This document shows, piece after piece, positions 59,388 to 64,000 of a stretch of DNA of 64,000 nt (its first letter is position 1; every line of letters starts with the position of its first letter). Location: the NCBI GenBank assembly GCA_964035575.1, contig OZ037833.1, positions 2,852,001 through 2,916,000 of the forward strand, in the 5' to 3' direction. Source of the stretch: Rhynchopus sp. YZ270_cl-10. Its lineage: Eukaryota. The notes beneath the pieces were generated by a model. The model did no database searches. It worked only from the letters and a program-made list of their open reading frames with translations, and had not been told where the DNA came from. The position numbers and the translations under genes are program-made.

Positions 59388-62300
59388 ATGCGGCAGAGCA
59401 TGGCACTGCTGGCTCTGTGTGTGGGGTTGGTGCAGGGAAGCATCTACTCGCAGTACACCCTCGACGGCCCTGAGGTGACGGACACGTTTGGGAGGACGAG
59501 CACAACGAAGAAGCTTGCGCTTGGGTCTGGCAGCAACGCAGTGTGTGGGAAGTCGTACCACATGCGGAGCGGGGACTTCGTCAGCCTGAAGGAGGGGAAC
59601 GGGGCACCCACTGGGAACGTCGACTTTTCAATTGCGGGCTACGTGAAGCCTGTGACGATGACGAGAAGGGGACGTACGCTGTTCACGCTTGGTGGGACGG
59701 ACAGGGCGCAGGACGGGACACGTGGGAACTGGGGTGCGTGGGTGATGGTGGACCGTTACAGACGTCTGAGTGTGCGCACGCCTCTCTTCGGGAAGCGGGC
59801 GAGCGCGAAGCTGGCGGTGGGTGTGTGGCACCAGGTTGTGTTGACGTACACAGCTGCAGAGACGATGCTGCGGCTGTGGGTCGACGGCGAGCTTGTGCTG
59901 TCGAAGCGTGCGACGATGGACCTGCAGCAGAGTTCGAGGTACGGCGGGATGGCGATTGGGGAGTTCCACCTGGGGGGCACAAGAAGGTCGCGTGACGGGG
60001 AGTTCTTCGTCGACCACGTGAGCTTCGCGGACCACGTGATGACGCCACAGGAGGCACGTGCGCCGTGCCTGGGGGAGACGGAGACGGGTGCTCCAGCAAC
60101 CAATGTTCCTCGCACCTCAGCGCCTGCAACAGCGGCACCACGCACCAGTGCACCACAGACACAGGCTCCTCGCACATCAGCGCCTGAAACGCAGGCTCCT
60201 GCGACATCTGCGCCTGCCACACCTGCACCACGCACCCAGGCACCTCATACATCAGCACCACGCACAAGCACACCTGCGACACGCACGCCGTCTCCGTCAG
60301 CGCCGTCGTCCTCGGCTGCAGTGTGTGCCCAACGCGGTGCTGTGTGCGGTGTGGTGCGTGCGCAGGACGGGACAACTGTGCAGTGCGGCAGTTGTGCGGC
60401 GGGGATGGTGTGTTCGTTCAACCGCTGCGAGGCACGCTGTGCGCTGGCAGACATCGGACAGGGACCCTTTGACGCAAGCCTGTTCGCGTACGTGCCGCTG
60501 GAGTTTTCCTACGAAGACCTGTCTGCACACGCCCACGCAGTGTCGGCGGAGCTGTTCCCCACGGACAGGCGCGAGCAGGAGTTCCCGTACGAAAGTGTGA
60601 CGGACATGACGTCGCGCACGGTGCGTGTGGACTTCGGTGCTCTGTCTGCTGGGCCGGGCGGTGTGACGCTGTCGCTGAAGGTGCAGCCGCACACAGCGGG
60701 GCAGACAGGTGTGCTGCTGCAGTCTGAGGCGGTGACAGTTGCCGAGGATGCAGGGCGTGTGTCGGTGGCAGTGCGGGCTGCAGGCGGAGCGGTGGTGCAC
60801 ACGACAGCGCTCTCGCACCGCCACTGCAACCATGTGGCAGTGGTGGTTGCCGCTGACGGCGCTGTGGCTGTGTACGTGAACGGTGTGGCTGCGGCCGGTG
60901 CGCCTGTGTCTGTGTCGGGGACGATGCAGCTGGGGGGCGTGCTCTCTGTGCCACAGCACCCTGGGAAGGTGTGGGACGTGCGTGTGTACTCGCGTGCCCT
61001 GGGTGCTGCGGAGGTGGAGGCGCTGGGGAACAGGTGCGGGGCTGTTGGGACGTCGTCGCTGGTGGTGCCCGACGCAACGATGCCGAACTTCCTATGTGGT
61101 GTGTACCAGTGCATCTACTGGCCTGAGGGGGTGACGGACACAACGCAGGACAGCTTCGAGTACCAGCTCTCGGGACACGACATGACCTGGGAGCACAACG
61201 TGATGGAGACAGGGATGTACGTGCACGGGGCGCTGTGTGCCGAGTACGCAAAGCCACGCCAGGTGCTGCTGACGGACGGGTACCGCCGGTCGTGGGTGAG
61301 CAAGTTCAACTTTGGGAAGGCGTGGAACCAGTACGTGCTGCACGAGAACTTCCACGCGTACCAGAAGCGTGCACAGGGGTCGACGAAGTTCCTTGCAGAG
61401 TCGACTGCGTCGTGGGGTGCGTTCTCACAGAAGCCGACTGCGTACGACACGATTCTCGGGATGTACACCCTGCAGCCGCAGCTGGCGCTGTGGACGACAC
61501 AGAGCTCGACCTTCGCAGACGGGATTGTGGACATTGGGAAGGGCGGACACCAGTACGGGGCGGCAATCTGGGAGTGGTTCGTGACACACCACGTGCTTGG
61601 GGACGACTTCTGGGTGGGGAAGGTGTACAACCGTGCGCGCCTTGGGCTGGCACCGCTGAGTGGCGCACCTGCGGAGGGGATGTACAACGCACTTGCGGAG
61701 GCTGGGTACGACATGCGTGAGGTCTTCAGCGACTTTGCGGCACGTGTGACGACGTGGGACGTCGACTACGAAGAGACCTTCCGTGCGTCTGAGGAAGGGT
61801 CGTTCCGCCGTCTGAACGGAAACAACAAGAAGAACACGGAGGACCCTGTGGCCGACGAGGAGGTTGACAACAAGGTGGCTGTCTTCTACGGTGCTGGCGG
61901 CACGGACGGGGCGTGGGTGTCTGTGCCTGGGCGGTACATGATCGGGGACTGGGCGTTCAACGCGTACGAGGTGTCGGGTGTGGCGACAGAAACACAGTAC
62001 ACAGTGGGTGTGGTGCCGTCTGCTGCGAACCCTGCCTACTCTGAGTTCCGTGCACAGGCTGTGGTGTACAACACGGCGACTGGGGAGCGGCGCTACGTGC
62101 GGCTCCCTGCAGCAGTGGCAGGGACGGGCGGCAAGGCTGTGACGGCAACGGTGCGTGTGGGTGCCGGGGAGACGCTGTACTTGGTGGTGGCAAACACGCC
62201 TGCAACGCAGTTCACAGACTTCCTCGCGTACTCGTACGACTACCTCATCCAGGCCGGGGGTGCGCCTCCCGTGCCGGTGCCAGTGACAGCAGCACCAACT

Positions 62301-64000
62301 CCGCTGCCGACACCAATCCCCAGCACCACTGCACCAGCGACACGTGCGCCTGCAACACAGCCGCCCGCAACTGAGGCACCGCGCACAGCTGTGCCGTCGA
62401 CGGGTGCGCCTGTTGTTGCGACAAGTGTGCCGGCCACGGAAACACCACCAACAACACCTCCCACACCACCAACAAGAAGCCCACCACGCGTCTTCCTGAT
62501 GGCAGGCCAGTCGAACATGGTTGGCCACGGGAAGACGGCGGACCTGAAGAACTACCTGTCCCTGCGCACGGAGCTGCTTGAGACACGCAGCGACGTGTTT
62601 GCAAAGTCGATCATTGAGCGCTCACGCGGGACAGGCGGGCTTGGGCCCTTCTATGGTGCGTCGTTCGGACCGGAGCTGGGCTTCGGGCACCTGCTGGGGG
62701 ACGCACTGACGGAGGACGTGTACCTGTTCAAGGCGTCGAAGGGGGGCACGCAGATTGCACGGACAGACCACTGGTCGCCGACAGGGGACGCAGACAACCT
62801 GTACGCGCAGATGGTGGCCGGGTTTGCGGCGTTCCGTGCGACGCTGCCTGCGGACCACGTTGTGTCTGGGTTTGTGTGGTCGCAGGGCTACAACGACGCC
62901 TTCTCGGACGAAGACGCGAACGGCTACAAGGCTGCACTCACAAGGCTGATTGCTGCTGTGCGGGAGGAGGTGGGTGTGCCGGCCCTCCCTGTGGTGGTGG
63001 TGCAGGGGAACGACAACCAGGGGGTGCGTGGGGGCGTGATCCGCCGTGCGCAGGCGGCAGTGGCGACGGCGGACGCACACGCGGACTGGGTTCCCTCGGA
63101 CGACCTGTACCACTACTACCACTACGACGGGGGGTCGATGGTCGCGATCGGGGAGCGTGCGGGGCGTGCGATGCTGCCCCTCCTGGGTGTGTCTGCGGCG
63201 GGGGCGTTCCCAGACGTGTATGTGGCTGTGTCGGGTGCGGTGCTGCAGGTGGGCGCTGCGGAGGGTGTGCTTGCAAACGACCGTGGCGTGGCGGCACAGG
63301 GCGCACAGGCTGTTGTGACTTCCACCCCGGCACACGGGACACTGCGCCTTGGCGCCAGCGGGGGCTTTGTGTACACACCGGCGCCTGCGTTTGTTGGGCG
63401 CGACACGTTCTCGTACACGGTGGTGCAGAACGGCGTGGCCGGGGGCGCTGCGGAGGTGGAGGTGTGGGTCGAGACACAGGACGCGGCTGCAGAGCACCTC
63501 ATCCTGCACTACGCGTTTGAGTCTGCAGGTGTGCCTGTGTCGGCGTCGGCGTCAGCGTCAGCACCGTCGGTTGTGCATGACACCACGAAGCACGTGCAGG
63601 CGTACGTGGACCCCACAGGCGTGTCTGTGGGTGTGCCCGGCGGTGTGTCTGGGAACTGTGCAGAGCTGTCGGGCACGAAGGGTGCGTGGAACAACGGCCA
63701 CATGAAGGTGCAGATGTCTCCGATGCCGGCCTTCCTGCTGCTGCGCGAGGACGACGTCACCGTGAGCACGTGGGTCAAGATCGCTGCAGGAGGGGACGTA
63801 GGCGACATGCCCATTTTCTCCAACGCAGGGCGCCCGACCTCGCCTGGGCTCACGCTCCTGACGGCAGGGACTGGGAAGTCGTTCAAGACTGTTGTGTACG
63901 CACGCGACGGGAAGAAAGTGACGGTTGCGGGTAACGCTGCACACCCAATCGACGACGGCGAGTGGCACCACGTGGCTGCTGTGGTGTCGCGTGCGACGGA
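59388..64000 (+). CDS. Large secreted modular enzyme (3' incomplete): LamG - Thr/Pro linker - Cys-rich - LamG - HExxH metallopeptidase - linker - SASA/CE6-type acetylesterase - Big_9/cadherin-like - LamG
   Basis: One open frame from MRQSMALLALCVGLVQG to the window end, missing from the track because it has no stop; WHQVVLTY..LWVDG; HENFH (61341) plus FLAESTA; VFLMAGQSNM (62505), GPELGFG, WSQGYND; VLAND..PAHGTL..GGFVYTP..GRDTFSY; DDGEWHHVA. Confidence 0.9.
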   Translation, partial: MRQSMALLALCVGLVQGSIYSQYTLDGPEVTDTFGRTSTTKKLALGSGSNAVCGKSYHMRSGDFVSLKEGNGAPTGNVDFSIAGYVKPVTMTRRGRTLFTLGGTDRAQDGTRGNWGAWVMVDRYRRLSVRTPLFGKRASAKLAVGVWHQVVLTYTAAETMLRLWVDGELVLSKRATMDLQQSSRYGGMAIGEFHLGGTRRSRDGEFFVDHVSFADHVMTPQEARAPCLGETETGAPATNVPRTSAPATAAPRTSAPQTQAPRTSAPETQAPATSAPATPAPRTQAPHTSAPRTSTPATRTPSPSAPSSSAAVCAQRGAVCGVVRAQDGTTVQCGSCAAGMVCSFNRCEARCALADIGQGPFDASLFAYVPLEFSYEDLSAHAHAVSAELFPTDRREQEFPYESVTDMTSRTVRVDFGALSAGPGGVTLSLKVQPHTAGQTGVLLQSEAVTVAEDAGRVSVAVRAAGGAVVHTTALSHRHCNHVAVVVAADGAVAVYVNGVAAAGAPVSVSGTMQLGGVLSVPQHPGKVWDVRVYSRALGAAEVEALGNRCGAVGTSSLVVPDATMPNFLCGVYQCIYWPEGVTDTTQDSFEYQLSGHDMTWEHNVMETGMYVHGALCAEYAKPRQVLLTDGYRRSWVSKFNFGKAWNQYVLHENFHAYQKRAQGSTKFLAESTASWGAFSQKPTAYDTILGMYTLQPQLALWTTQSSTFADGIVDIGKGGHQYGAAIWEWFVTHHVLGDDFWVGKVYNRARLGLAPLSGAPAEGMYNALAEAGYDMREVFSDFAARVTTWDVDYEETFRASEEGSFRRLNGNNKKNTEDPVADEEVDNKVAVFYGAGGTDGAWVSVPGRYMIGDWAFNAYEVSGVATETQYTVGVVPSAANPAYSEFRAQAVVYNTATGERRYVRLPAAVAGTGGKAVTATVRVGAGETLYLVVANTPATQFTDFLAYSYDYLIQAGGAPPVPVPVTAAPTPLPTPIPSTTAPATRAPATQPPATEAPRTAVPSTGAPVVATSVPATETPPTTPPTPPTRSPPRVFLMAGQSNMVGHGKTADLKNYLSLRTELLETRSDVFAKSIIERSRGTGGLGPFYGASFGPELGFGHLLGDALTEDVYLFKASKGGTQIARTDHWSPTGDADNLYAQMVAGFAAFRATLPADHVVSGFVWSQGYNDAFSDEDANGYKAALTRLIAAVREEVGVPALPVVVVQGNDNQGVRGGVIRRAQAAVATADAHADWVPSDDLYHYYHYDGGSMVAIGERAGRAMLPLLGVSAAGAFPDVYVAVSGAVLQVGAAEGVLANDRGVAAQGAQAVVTSTPAHGTLRLGASGGFVYTPAPAFVGRDTFSYTVVQNGVAGGAAEVEVWVETQDAAAEHLILHYAFESAGVPVSASASASAPSVVHDTTKHVQAYVDPTGVSVGVPGGVSGNCAELSGTKGAWNNGHMKVQMSPMPAFLLLREDDVTVSTWVKIAAGGDVGDMPIFSNAGRPTSPGLTLLTAGTGKSFKTVVYARDGKKVTVAGNAAHPIDDGEWHHVAAVVSRAT

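Noticed and set aside
1..64000. rRNA, tRNA or spliced-leader RNA genes
   Set aside because: None recognised by eye; tRNAscan-SE and Infernal would be needed to exclude them.

Overview
Eukaryotic nuclear DNA from a protist. GT-AG introns (mostly GTATGT donors), almost all genes on one strand and pyrimidine-rich tracts before starts suggest a euglenozoan, probably a diplonemid; this is inference. About 17 protein genes are supported: a RING + PCMTD/PIMT-like + two-Yippee fusion; a Schlafen/AlbA_2-CCCH protein; three tandem VWA-CaaX paralogues; a GMC oxidoreductase lacking its catalytic His; an ankyrin/F-box-like protein; a repeat-rich protein with a duplicated exon; a LYR protein; an Ala-rich protein; a PH-like/CAP-Gly protein; a four-domain voltage-gated cation channel (D-E-E-E filter); a spliced Crinkler-like NTPase-nuclease with a mitochondrial-type presequence; a secreted Cys-rich protein; a PB1-Zn repeat-UBA (p62/NBR1-like) protein, plus a decayed copy; and a >1500-aa secreted LamG-metallopeptidase-acetylesterase that runs off the window and is absent from the ORF track. 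Intergenic DNA and introns carry nested non-autonomous TIR elements with visible target-site duplications, satellites inside those elements, and a 5'-truncated LINE with dispersed 3'-tail copies. All domain calls are by-eye motif recognition, not database searches.
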